The position numbers and the translations under genes are program-made. Under the pieces are notes generated by a model that saw nothing but the letters and a program-made list of their open reading frames with translations, was not told the DNA's origin and ran no database searches. A stretch of 64,000 nt of DNA from positions 1 through 64,000 of IMG/VR virus record IMGVR_UViG_3300033143_006101. One strand, 5' to 3'. Position 1 is the stretch's first letter, and every line of letters begins with the position of its first letter. Shown piece after piece: positions 38,101 through 47,200 of this stretch.

Positions 38101-39472
38101 AAAAGCTGGGATATACAATCCTAGAACAGATATGATTAAAAAATTTGGATATAATCCAGGACCTACTATTAAAAATTTAATGATTAAATCAGCTCAAGGA
38201 GAAGCAGACAGATATGCTGTAACAAAATTTAATCAATTATTCGGGAAGGCTCATGCAATTCATATGGAAATTATTGGTAGACCGGAATTAATATTAAATA
38301 GACCTTATTATTGTGAAAAAAAAGACGCTATCGGAATGTTAGAGAAATTTTCTTTAAATTATAATATAGGCAGTGATTTCCAAACTTCACTAGATTTAAC
38401 ATATATACGAAGAAATAGTTTAACATATGGTTATAGCTTAGGTAATTTAGATGAACTGACCAGTGCTGATGGAAAAAAAGATAACGCTTTTTTCAAAAAA
38501 GCGGCTGATGCTTATTATAAAAGTATTTCAGATATGAATCAAAAACTTGCTAATATGGTACAAAAGAAATATGGCGAGGCCGGTGGATTCATATTTAGTA
38601 AAGCAGGCAGTAAATTAGGATTAGGTGAAACAGGGCAAAAACTTGCTGGGTTATTAGGAGAAAAAGCATTCACACTTAGTGGAACTGGGTTTGCTGGAGC
38701 TCTTTATTCTGCACATGATTGGATTGGGCATATGGAGTATGATAAGCTTGGTAAAACTAATAATTTAGCAGATGCTACAACTGAAGCAATTATGAAAAAT
38801 ACAGAATTAAAATTATTAGTAAATGCTCCAGAAGATGCCGATATCATAGTACGTGGAGTAAGACAAACCTGTTTAAGTATAAGACGTGAACTTGAAATAT
38901 TAACTGATATTGAAATAACATTAGATAAAGAAAATGAAGAATTAAAAGAAATAAAGGAAGAAATAGATGAAGCAAATAAAGAACTAGAAGGTGAAACTGT
39001 ACGTACTGGGGAAAAGAAATGGAAAGTACAATTACAGCATAAAAAAATAAATGGGCTTATAGTAAGAATGGACACAATATTAAATAACATGTCACAATAT
39101 GAAAAATTGCATCAACAACAATGTTTGTTAATATATGGTATGGATGGATCTTATGAAGTAGGATTAAATTATGATGCAAAAGAATCTAAAGGACAACGTA
39201 CTCCGACAGAGGAAACTTTAGTACATGTAGCAGGTTTCATGGAATTATCTAAATCAGATTCTTTATACTATAAACTTATACAAATACTTAGTTTTAAATT
39301 TGATATAGAAAAAGTTTCATTAATTGATGATAGAACCGTAGGTACTTTCAAAAAAGGATTTGAAAGTAATCATGTGCATAAAATTGGACATAGAGGGTAT
39401 TTACCTTTTTATGCATTATTAGATTCGTCAGCATCAGCATCAGCATCAGCATCAGCATCAGTAGGAGGATAG
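35150..39472 (+). CDS. large baseplate hub protein
   Basis: Position; FTGVV..DD...INLFCED and IIGRPEL...T.LDLTY.R hub-like motifs. Confidence 0.6.
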   Translation: MALGGGVGSPVRNKRNMDRGVVFGTFPGGGIVYDTKEFERERLDGTNIIDLVPDCRVFIFGTEVTKDIKNVTITNKLRGNTCQLNLANPRGKYEISKADLSGKWREDKDILAIYEYDRFKRQQPMAPDMAKLLLGNKKYEQYQGARQTFFKGPGSDLPPFNSTRMIFETKFWSGIDKKVGDIVFDYRDPVMIFMKGRFSPYWYFAFTGVVVKWDDNDTYGTEQSINLFCEDVFFLLKKQKFTQQGSLLRAGYLDTATRTRFGNQAINIWKNVLGSPKHSSLQKVVQVLFYGTDYASKVKNCHPLYNEEMNKLVALKKEYNDVTKIRGYLSNVFGIGKEATTFFLDKGSFMTTWGTNPDAQQGVFSAEPSSSNLITLGELDTPMHNNQLNTLPFSQWQNFYPQLNAIPIDDYEDPKELQYKYISSVRYWEVRPKMSNNPNKEQTGWTDMGSIVGACGTHPALTYEFINHFEVLPRVWAQCYKYATGSSAANPMDRLNVSPHEKILELVSGSPTEQRPNLNSETGTNINLFRPRLFVITPQKFQNKNKAIIATAIGNLQLQNEQTTTTYKALVEILDAIEFTAYCSPMGDVFIEPEMYDFHPQDFLLGPTPEAVGKIETRSPILKQTPIKFRAILAESDPEVKQVRTDKAFMYNTQANHPFFLPEKDRIRCTQSFKPENIFTFIKVLPSVTKQGMAIVEKVFQDFMSRNTTVTYAAPYDAKGEGVLRPAMYFADGFSKRLDREKMQIDKKYIDTEIKALEDIYKKLLVSDLYDSNRNTPLEAFLKDSATAAWALTTDNYHQEKGWGTDRGTAAAGLTAFFKSEQTETATTTNEYGLTQLDDIDMALIETMCPTILTILYDKYQTSRSGKLRKKYKYSNAKDIIGLTKTTPIGYWFGLKDIGSTYTAFTRLGQPSKANPKQKTPRNIATDKVKAIQEELIVLYECIALNAGGELKTAFEAMQVKVAIRNGNYKFPKMLNLSDLKELEKAGIYNPRTDMIKKFGYNPGPTIKNLMIKSAQGEADRYAVTKFNQLFGKAHAIHMEIIGRPELILNRPYYCEKKDAIGMLEKFSLNYNIGSDFQTSLDLTYIRRNSLTYGYSLGNLDELTSADGKKDNAFFKKAADAYYKSISDMNQKLANMVQKKYGEAGGFIFSKAGSKLGLGETGQKLAGLLGEKAFTLSGTGFAGALYSAHDWIGHMEYDKLGKTNNLADATTEAIMKNTELKLLVNAPEDADIIVRGVRQTCLSIRRELEILTDIEITLDKENEELKEIKEEIDEANKELEGETVRTGEKKWKVQLQHKKINGLIVRMDTILNNMSQYEKLHQQQCLLIYGMDGSYEVGLNYDAKESKGQRTPTEETLVHVAGFMELSKSDSLYYKLIQILSFKFDIEKVSLIDDRTVGTFKKGFESNHVHKIGHRGYLPFYALLDSSASASASASASVGG
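39428..39461 (+). repeat. perfect hexanucleotide tandem repeat (TCAGCA)x5+
   Basis: Encodes SASASASASAS at the hub C-terminus. Confidence 0.9.
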
Positions 39473-39477
39473 ATGAT

Positions 39478-40839
39478 ATGACAACAGGAGGTAAATTTGA
39501 TTATCCATCTCTTCGTTTAGGAGAAATGTCTAAAGTTCAAGCTATTACATGGGGATTTGTTGTAAGTGTTAATCCAGAAGAACAAATGATGCGTGTTTCT
39601 CTTCCAGAACAAGATTATACAGTAACAGATGGTATTCCTATCAATAATATGATTACAATGGGTGGAGCAGGAGTAAGAATGATGCCAGTAGCAGGGCATA
39701 CAATAGCTCTTTTATTGAAACTTGAAATGCAGTATGTTCATATTGGATATGCACTAGAAGACATGAAAAAATTTACAGAGGATAAGTTTGGATCCAAACC
39801 TGCAACTATTGTGTTACAAAGGTATCTTGAAGAAGGAGAAGTACAACTTATAGGCTTAAATAAAAACGAAGTATTATTGTCTAATTCAGGTAGTATTTTA
39901 TTAAAAACTTCAGATAATAATTATTTAAAATTAGATAATGAATCAGATTCGTTAGATGCTCTTTTTAGAAGTATGAAGTTTGAACTTGATGGAGTACGTG
40001 TAAGAGCAGGGCAAGCTCGAAGAGCATTAAAAGGTTATGGTAGTGAAGATGTTAATATGGTTATAGATGAGAATGGAGAAGTAATTAAATCTACTGAACT
40101 TGAAGAAGATGACGAAGGCAATCTTGATTTACATGTCCCAATCCAGGAATTTTCCGTTTCAGTAGGAGTACAAAAAGAGCCTACAGGATTAGATAAAGAT
40201 CCTGATTTAAGTGATCCAAGCGGATCAAGCCCTTCCGTAGGACAAATAGCTATGTCTGATAGAGTACTAAAAGAGGATGGTACTCCTATGAAAATTTTAG
40301 ATAAATATGTTACTTTTATGATACGAATGGCTAATGGAGGAGGGTTTGCAGTAACCGAAGATAATTCTGCTTATATGTTAGATTATCGTGGTAAAAATTT
40401 TACAAAATTTGGTGCGGGAGAAGAAACTAAATCATTAAGAGCCGGAGATAGAAATGCATTTGAAGCTTCAACAAGTGGAATGAAAATATTTCATGAAAGT
40501 GGGATGTCTCTTGATATGCAAGCAGATGCTGAAGGAAAAGCAGAACTATTTATTACTGATAAAGAAGGAAGAGGTACAATCCAAAATAAGATGGGGTACA
40601 CAGTTAATATGGATGGATCCTATATTACACTTACTGGAAAAGAAATACATATTAATGCAGAAAAAGTCACTTTTGGAGGAATGCTTGCAGCAATAGCAGG
40701 AGATTCGGTTCTTAAAGCTGGATTAACGGCTGCAATGATAGATGCTCATGTGCATGCAGGACCAGCAGGACCTCCTATAGTACCGTTATCGCTTTCAGTT
40801 CAAAGTGGTGCAATAGTTGGTTTTGGCCTTACAATTTAA
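39478..40839 (+). CDS. central spike protein (gpV/gp5-like)
   Basis: N-terminal OB-like GFVVSVNPE...MPVAG; beta-repeat body; C-terminal HVH metal motif. Confidence 0.65.
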   Translation: MTTGGKFDYPSLRLGEMSKVQAITWGFVVSVNPEEQMMRVSLPEQDYTVTDGIPINNMITMGGAGVRMMPVAGHTIALLLKLEMQYVHIGYALEDMKKFTEDKFGSKPATIVLQRYLEEGEVQLIGLNKNEVLLSNSGSILLKTSDNNYLKLDNESDSLDALFRSMKFELDGVRVRAGQARRALKGYGSEDVNMVIDENGEVIKSTELEEDDEGNLDLHVPIQEFSVSVGVQKEPTGLDKDPDLSDPSGSSPSVGQIAMSDRVLKEDGTPMKILDKYVTFMIRMANGGGFAVTEDNSAYMLDYRGKNFTKFGAGEETKSLRAGDRNAFEASTSGMKIFHESGMSLDMQADAEGKAELFITDKEGRGTIQNKMGYTVNMDGSYITLTGKEIHINAEKVTFGGMLAAIAGDSVLKAGLTAAMIDAHVHAGPAGPPIVPLSLSVQSGAIVGFGLTI

Positions 40840-40861
40840 ATTTCAATGAGAGATACTAATT

Positions 40862-41299
40862 ATGAGAGAAGGATTATTAATAGGATTAAAAGCATATAAA
40901 ACTACTGTATATTCTAAAAAAATAATTGCGGGAATTTTCCCCAAGATATTTGCAGAAATTTTAAAATCATTCATGACAAGAAATGCTATGGGAGATCCTG
41001 CTCCTATTGGTTATGATTGGAATAAGATAATGGAATTTCAAATAAATATGGGTACAATAATTGATCAAGAAAAATTTGATTATTTGGATAATGTGGTTCT
41101 TCAATTTTTAAAAAGTTATAGCTTTGTTATACCGCCTTATCGTTTTTTTATAGAACTTCCAGAAGAAGAAATAATTAAATATACTACTATTTGTGATGGG
41201 TTTAAAGGAAAAAGTTGGGATGATATAATAGATGTTTTTATTGATGCCACATATAATTTATTTAAAACAGGCACAATGCGAGATCAACCTTTAGAATAG
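40862..41299 (+). CDS. hypothetical protein
   Basis: ORF in the baseplate operon. Confidence 0.5.
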   Translation: MREGLLIGLKAYKTTVYSKKIIAGIFPKIFAEILKSFMTRNAMGDPAPIGYDWNKIMEFQINMGTIIDQEKFDYLDNVVLQFLKSYSFVIPPYRFFIELPEEEIIKYTTICDGFKGKSWDDIIDVFIDATYNLFKTGTMRDQPLE

Positions 41300-41309
41300 G
41301 AGAAAAGAG

Positions 41310-41798
41310 ATGGATAATGGAGGAAACGGAGAAGAACCTGGTGCTATTCAAATAACTGAACCAATTGTTTTTGAAATAGAGGCTCCTGTAATACCAGGAT
41401 TACCAGTTATCACTACTCCCCCGGGAGTAGGATTAGGTGGGGTGGCAATAAATATTCAATATATTTGTCCTTTATCTATTCATTGTGGAACAGATATTCC
41501 TTGTAATTTTACAAAAGCGATTGCTTTACCTTTATCATTACCATTACCAGTGTTTTCTTTTCCACCGTCTTTTGCTTTTCCAGTATTTGGATTCAGATTT
41601 GAAATACCACCTCCAATCTTTGTAAAATGCCCAGCATTTGAAGAGGAGGATGCCTCTGCTCAAACAGTGAAAGACGCAGAAGCTGCTCCTCCAACAGAAG
41701 ACCCAACTGAAATCCCAGCACCAGAAGATGCTTCTGTTGATTTAAGAGAGGGAGTAGTAACAGATAAGAAAATGGCTGATACACTTAAAAGTGGTTAA
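41310..41798 (+). CDS. Pro-rich hypothetical baseplate-region protein
   Basis: LPLSLPLPVFSFPP repeats; 4 Cys. Confidence 0.5.
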   Translation: MDNGGNGEEPGAIQITEPIVFEIEAPVIPGLPVITTPPGVGLGGVAINIQYICPLSIHCGTDIPCNFTKAIALPLSLPLPVFSFPPSFAFPVFGFRFEIPPPIFVKCPAFEEEDASAQTVKDAEAAPPTEDPTEIPAPEDASVDLREGVVTDKKMADTLKSG

Positions 41799-41800
41799 AT

Positions 41801-42373
41801 ATGGCATTATTAAAAGCTACATTCACAGCTGAATTAGTAGCTGCTTTTTCTGCTCAAGCATGGGGTATAACAGCACAATTATTTACTAGTGCAGTTAACA
41901 ACTATATATTGTCAGCAACAGCAACTGTACCTGTTACTGGAACAGTAACTCCACCTTCAGGATCACCATATCCAGCTATAGGAACAGGAGTAGGTAATCC
42001 AGTAACAACAGCATCTGCTGGTCTCTACAGTGCTTGTATATCCGCTTTCGCTTCTCCATTATGGGCAACATTAGCAGGAATAATAGTACCCGCAATAGAA
42101 ACGCTGATGATAACATCTACTTTAGTTACTACTGTAACTGGAGTGTTGCAAGGAACAGGAACATTAGTAGCTTGGACAGCACCAGGAGGAGGAGCATTAT
42201 TAACAACAATGAACATTGCTTTTACAACCGGACAACTTTGGTCACAAGTAGCAGTAGATATCGCTGATGCTGTAGATATTTATCTAAAAACTGTAGTTGT
42301 ATCTACAGTAGATGCTGGTATTATTCCCCCATCATCTTGGGTAGGAACAGGTGCTGGAGGAGTTCTTTCATAG
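41801..42373 (+). CDS. hydrophobic Ala/Thr/Gly-rich protein with internal repeats
   Basis: Three W..(T/L/V)A...(A/V)...Y...(V/A)T units. Confidence 0.5.
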   Translation: MALLKATFTAELVAAFSAQAWGITAQLFTSAVNNYILSATATVPVTGTVTPPSGSPYPAIGTGVGNPVTTASAGLYSACISAFASPLWATLAGIIVPAIETLMITSTLVTTVTGVLQGTGTLVAWTAPGGGALLTTMNIAFTTGQLWSQVAVDIADAVDIYLKTVVVSTVDAGIIPPSSWVGTGAGGVLS

Positions 42374-42382
42374 GAAAAAATT

Positions 42383-42856
42383 ATGGCATTAGATGCACAA
42401 ATAACTAAAGCAATTGAGGTATTAGAAACCGAAATCTATCAAGATGGGAATACTCCCAAAAAGGGAACAGATGCCCTAGCCGAAATGGTAGTAGTAGTTA
42501 AAGAATTAGTTACATCCAAAAAATATGTTATTAGTGAAAAACTAAGATTTCTAAATGAACGGAAATTATTATTACAAAATTATCAAACTCATTTAGATGA
42601 TTTTGCTACTAAAACTCAAATACAGCAAAAGTATGAATTATTCTATAAAAATTCAGGGACTGTATTGGATATCTCTGGATCCATGGATGAAATTAATTCT
42701 AATATTAATTTAGCGATGCAGGGCATTATTAGAAAATTAAGGGGATATCGTAGAGAAGTCGATGAGATCGCTTTTAGAATTACATTTCTATCTGATCAGC
42801 TGAGTTTTTGGAATGAAGCAACGGAAAAATTAACAGAATTAGAAGCGTTACTCTAA
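42383..42856 (+). CDS. coiled-coil hypothetical protein
   Basis: Helical ORF at the operon end. Confidence 0.5.
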   Translation: MALDAQITKAIEVLETEIYQDGNTPKKGTDALAEMVVVVKELVTSKKYVISEKLRFLNERKLLLQNYQTHLDDFATKTQIQQKYELFYKNSGTVLDISGSMDEINSNINLAMQGIIRKLRGYRREVDEIAFRITFLSDQLSFWNEATEKLTELEALL

Positions 42857-42865
42857 TAAAAAAGT

Positions 42866-42892
42866 ACTTAAAGTTACTTAAACTTTTACTAT
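42866..42892 (+). promoter_or_regulatory. putative late promoter ACTTAAA-N16-CTAT
   Basis: Motif copy upstream of the gp25/gpJ/glycosylation/fibre operon. Confidence 0.55.
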
Positions 42893-42913
42893 CTATTTAA
42901 ATAGGAGTTAAAT

Positions 42914-43354
42914 GTGGCAAGTGGATTACAAATAGTAAATGGAGATTTTGTTATAGGGCATACAGGAGCTGTTGAAATAGTTGAAAAAGGTCCTAAATGT
43001 CTACGTGATTTTGGAAAGATGCTTCAAACCAGTTCAGAATCTTCAGATAATCAAACAGAATACTTTAGGTATAATCCGACTTATGGTAGTCTATTAGATA
43101 AATTAATAACACATAATATGAGCAAAAGCACTATTCTAGAAATAGCAAGCTCTCTTTTATATGCTACAATACAAAATTATCTCGAATTACAGGAAACTAG
43201 AGACAATTTAACTGCAGGGGAAATTATAATAGATGTAAATTTTGATGTAAATTTTGATGTGCGTACCCCTGGACTTTTAGTAATCCCGATGTCGATAACT
43301 ACTTCAGAAGGAGTAACATATAATCTTGGGGAGTTTGAGCAGAGGTTCGTCTAA
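42914..43354 (+). CDS. baseplate wedge subunit (gp25-like)
   Basis: NGDFVIG...NPTYGSLL; directly upstream of gpJ. Confidence 0.7.
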   Translation: MASGLQIVNGDFVIGHTGAVEIVEKGPKCLRDFGKMLQTSSESSDNQTEYFRYNPTYGSLLDKLITHNMSKSTILEIASSLLYATIQNYLELQETRDNLTAGEIIIDVNFDVNFDVRTPGLLVIPMSITTSEGVTYNLGEFEQRFV

Positions 43355-44817
43355 TGATTATTAAAAATACTAATGATATTCGTACAGATCTTTTAAATGA
43401 ATTAAATACAGCTCTACCTGATTTAGATCTAACAGAGGGTACTCCCGAAAGAGATATGTTTGTGGAAACTCCAATAACCGGACAACTATCTGGTATATGG
43501 GATGGTATTATCTATGCACAAAAATTATATGCTCCTTTAGTGTATTATGATGATCTAGAAGAAGATGAAATTAATCAATTTTGTTCAACATATAATGTAA
43601 TTCAACGTCCTGCAACATATTCTGCAGGCACAGTTACATTTTATACTTCAACAGAACCTGTTAATGATATTGTTATTGCAGATGGATCCGAAATAGCAAC
43701 TATCGGAGCAAATCCTGTACGATTTGTAGTAGATGGGACATATACATTATATGCAGCTAATCAAGTAGCTTATTATAATGCAGTAAATGAGAGATGGGAA
43801 ATAACAGTCAGTGTTAGAGCAATCAATGCTGGACCGGATGAAAGAACAGCTTCTGGTACTGTTACTAGTATTATATCTGACATAGATGGTATTGATGGTG
43901 TTAATAATGATGAATCAATTACTGGTGGAGAAGATGCAGAGACTGTTATTGAAAGATTAAGACGGGTTAATGAAAAATTTCAAGGTAGAGATTTAGGTGC
44001 TGATGCAGGATTAAGAAGCCATATTGGATTATATACACGTTATATAGATATAGTAGGAGCTAATGATCCCTTAATGGAAAGAGATGAGGGTCTTGGTGGG
44101 GCTATTGATATTTATATAATCGGAGAAGATTTAGAAACAAAAACAGATACTGTAAATATAACATCAACAGGACTTACTCTGTCTACTTCTGTTGTTAATT
44201 ATACATCAACTGGTATAACTTTTGAAAAGCAACCGGTCCATCAAATATCTGGTGTCGTAAAAAATGGAACAGTATTGAATACATCTTATTATACTTTATC
44301 TCAAGATACTGAAATACTAAGAAAATCTACTCAAGGATTTGATAAAGTTTTATTAACTTCTACTGGAATAAGTGCTATCGGTCCTTTTGCTGATGGGGAT
44401 GAGGTAAAAATTACATATAATTATAATAAGATGTTACATACTATAGAAGAAGATCTCAATTCAACAGGGAATCATTATCAGAATCGTGATTATTTACTAA
44501 GAGAAATGGATAAAGTATCAATAGCGGTATACATGAAATTTAAAGAGGTCTCGGGACAGGATTTTGATACGGTTGTAAGTTCGGTAGAATTAGAAGTAAG
44601 TACTTTTATTACAGGCATTAAAAATACAGGAGATGTACAGCTTGCTGACATTGAAGGTATAGTAAAAAAACATTCAGGTGTAGATAATGTAGATTTAACT
44701 ACAGCAGCTATAACGCCTACAGGAGGTGGTGTACTGTCTACACAAGGAGATATCTTATTAGGAAAGAATGAATATCCCGATCCAGGGATAATGACGTTTG
44801 AACGTTGGACTAGTTAA
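43354..44817 (+). CDS. baseplate J-like protein (gp6/gpJ) with inserted beta domain
   Basis: DLTEGTPERD, RPATYSAGTVTF, ITGGEDAET...RL, GGAIDIYI. Confidence 0.85.
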   Translation: MIIKNTNDIRTDLLNELNTALPDLDLTEGTPERDMFVETPITGQLSGIWDGIIYAQKLYAPLVYYDDLEEDEINQFCSTYNVIQRPATYSAGTVTFYTSTEPVNDIVIADGSEIATIGANPVRFVVDGTYTLYAANQVAYYNAVNERWEITVSVRAINAGPDERTASGTVTSIISDIDGIDGVNNDESITGGEDAETVIERLRRVNEKFQGRDLGADAGLRSHIGLYTRYIDIVGANDPLMERDEGLGGAIDIYIIGEDLETKTDTVNITSTGLTLSTSVVNYTSTGITFEKQPVHQISGVVKNGTVLNTSYYTLSQDTEILRKSTQGFDKVLLTSTGISAIGPFADGDEVKITYNYNKMLHTIEEDLNSTGNHYQNRDYLLREMDKVSIAVYMKFKEVSGQDFDTVVSSVELEVSTFITGIKNTGDVQLADIEGIVKKHSGVDNVDLTTAAITPTGGGVLSTQGDILLGKNEYPDPGIMTFERWTS

Positions 44818-44872
44818 TATTTTTTTAATAGTTAATGAGATATAAAAACTTCGTAAGAAGGAGCAAAATGAG

Positions 44873-46111
44873 ATGAAAAATATTATTATTATAAGTCCGG
44901 ACACTGTTCCGTTGACTTTAAAAGAGGGTTACCCTCAAACAATTAAAGAAGGAAAGCATGAATATCCTATTAAAGATAAGTGCACCAGAACAACAGCTCC
45001 AGGTAAAAGAAGCTGGATGTTTGCACATCATTTGTCACGTCAAAAGGATTTCGATGTTACCTTATTAATCCCCGAGTTAAATTTCCCACAAAGGGAATTT
45101 ATCGACACATCAGAAATTAACTTCAATATTCAACCATATAATTACAGATCTGCAAACTGGGAATGGAGTGCTGAATTAGATAGGAGACTAAAGAAATATG
45201 ATTTTGTTATAGTTCAATCTACTTCAGGAACAGGTTTTATAAATTGTTCAGTATTACCAAGAACAGTTAATGTAATTTTAGATGGTTGGGTGCCTCTCTT
45301 AGCAGAACTTCCTTGTGCTTTATTAAGTTATGGTAGAATACACAGGAAAATTTTCTGGACAAAGAAATTTCTAAGTCAATATCAGGATTTAATACGCAGA
45401 GCTAATTGTGTTCTTTATGCTAATGAACGACAGCATTACTATTATGAAGGACAATTTTTTATGAATCAGAAATTAGATTGGAGTGCGTTTAAATTCTCTC
45501 CTCTTTTGAAAGTACCTTATGGCATAGATAAGCATGATCAAATTGTACCTCAACAATATGATGAAGAACTTAAATTATTATGGTATGGACCAGTGTATCC
45601 TTGGTATGCACCAGAAATGTTACTAAAAGCCGTCCAGGGTAGAAAGGATATTCTCGTAGATTTCGTTGGGATCGTACACCCTCGATTCAAAAAAGTTTAT
45701 AATTCTTATTTTAAAAAGTTTTTTGAAGAAGTTAAAGATGAAAAAAACATTCGTATTGTAGAAGAATATTGTGATGATGATACTTCATTATTCCAGGAAT
45801 ATGATGCTGGAGTTGTATTAGCAAGAAATTGGTTAGAAGAAAAATATTCACATAGATGTAGGATTTTAGATATGATTTCTAAAGGTTTTCCTGTAATTTT
45901 GAATGAGGGAAATGCTTTATATGAAGAATCCTCCGCGTTACGTCCAGCGTTACATCCAGTTTCTACCACACATCTTTTAGAAGACTTATTAGAAATTAAA
46001 GAAAATAAAGCCAATCTAAAAATATCACAAGATGATTTAAATTATATGTATGAAGCAATGAGTTGGGAGAAAGTACTCACTCCTGTAATTGAATATATTC
46101 GGAGGTTCTAA
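44873..46111 (+). CDS. GT-B fold glycosyltransferase (GT4-like)
   Basis: KVPYGID, LLWYGPVYPWY, RILDMISKGFPVILNEG. Confidence 0.65.
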   Translation: MKNIIIISPDTVPLTLKEGYPQTIKEGKHEYPIKDKCTRTTAPGKRSWMFAHHLSRQKDFDVTLLIPELNFPQREFIDTSEINFNIQPYNYRSANWEWSAELDRRLKKYDFVIVQSTSGTGFINCSVLPRTVNVILDGWVPLLAELPCALLSYGRIHRKIFWTKKFLSQYQDLIRRANCVLYANERQHYYYEGQFFMNQKLDWSAFKFSPLLKVPYGIDKHDQIVPQQYDEELKLLWYGPVYPWYAPEMLLKAVQGRKDILVDFVGIVHPRFKKVYNSYFKKFFEEVKDEKNIRIVEEYCDDDTSLFQEYDAGVVLARNWLEEKYSHRCRILDMISKGFPVILNEGNALYEESSALRPALHPVSTTHLLEDLLEIKENKANLKISQDDLNYMYEAMSWEKVLTPVIEYIRRF

Positions 46112-46114
46112 TTT

Positions 46115-47185
46115 GTGGTGAAACAAAAGATATTAGTAGCAGGATCTGGTGGGATGATGGGATCTCATGCAGTAGATTATTTAATCAATAATTATGGAAA
46201 TGAATTTGAAGTGTACGGGGTGGACGATTTATCTGGATGCTACAAAGAAAATATTAATCCCAAATCAAAGTTTACTAAGATTGATTTAAGAGATGTAAAA
46301 GCAGTTAAAAAGTACTTTAAAAATAATTTTGGAAAAACAGGTATAGATTATGTGGTACATTACGCTTCTGCGGCTCATGAAATTAGGTCATTTTTTACTC
46401 CCATCGACAATATGTCTCGTAACGATGAGGCTTTCAGAAATGTTGTCACCTTTGCTTTAAAACATAAAGTAAAACATATAGTGTTTTTTAGTTCAATGAG
46501 TAGATATGGATCAGGAGTAGTAAAAGATGGAAATGGAAAAATAGTCATTAATCAAAAAGCACCATTTAGAGAATCTTATTTACCAGCTCCCGAAGACCCG
46601 TATGCATGCTCTAAAGTAGCATCGGAAAATCTATTACATGCATTACAAAATGTATTCGATTTCACTTATACTATTTGGATCCCTCACAATTGTTTTTCAC
46701 CGCGACAATATGTTGACCCATATCGTAATGTTTTAGCTATTTGGATGAATTTAGTACTATTAGGTAAAGAATGTGTTATCTATGGAACTGGGGAACAACA
46801 AAGAGCTATTTCTTGGGTGGATGATTTTAATCCTGTTATTTGCAAATCAATTATGGATCCAAAGACATATGGACAAGCATTCAATATTGGAGGAGATGAG
46901 AACAAATCTCTTAATGAATGGTATGATATTATAAGAGAAGTTACTGGATATGATAAAGAATCAGTACATTATGATCCTCGACCAGGAGAAGTCTTTAATG
47001 CATATTGTAAACATGATAAAGCAAAGCTTATGTTAGGATTTAAAAATGCTACTCCGTTTAAAGATGCTATTGCACAAATGTGGGAGTACTTTAAAAAGAA
47101 AGGACCGAGAAAATTTAATTATATAGATTATCTTGAGATTGAAAATGAAAAAGTACCAGTTACTTGGAAAAAGAAGTTATTTTAA
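46115..47185 (+). CDS. NAD-dependent nucleotide-sugar epimerase/dehydratase
   Basis: VAGSGGMMGS, FFSS, PYACSK (YxxxK), IYGTGEQQR, RPGEV. Confidence 0.9.
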   Translation: MVKQKILVAGSGGMMGSHAVDYLINNYGNEFEVYGVDDLSGCYKENINPKSKFTKIDLRDVKAVKKYFKNNFGKTGIDYVVHYASAAHEIRSFFTPIDNMSRNDEAFRNVVTFALKHKVKHIVFFSSMSRYGSGVVKDGNGKIVINQKAPFRESYLPAPEDPYACSKVASENLLHALQNVFDFTYTIWIPHNCFSPRQYVDPYRNVLAIWMNLVLLGKECVIYGTGEQQRAISWVDDFNPVICKSIMDPKTYGQAFNIGGDENKSLNEWYDIIREVTGYDKESVHYDPRPGEVFNAYCKHDKAKLMLGFKNATPFKDAIAQMWEYFKKKGPRKFNYIDYLEIENEKVPVTWKKKLF

Positions 47186-47200
47186 TAAGGAGAAAATGAT

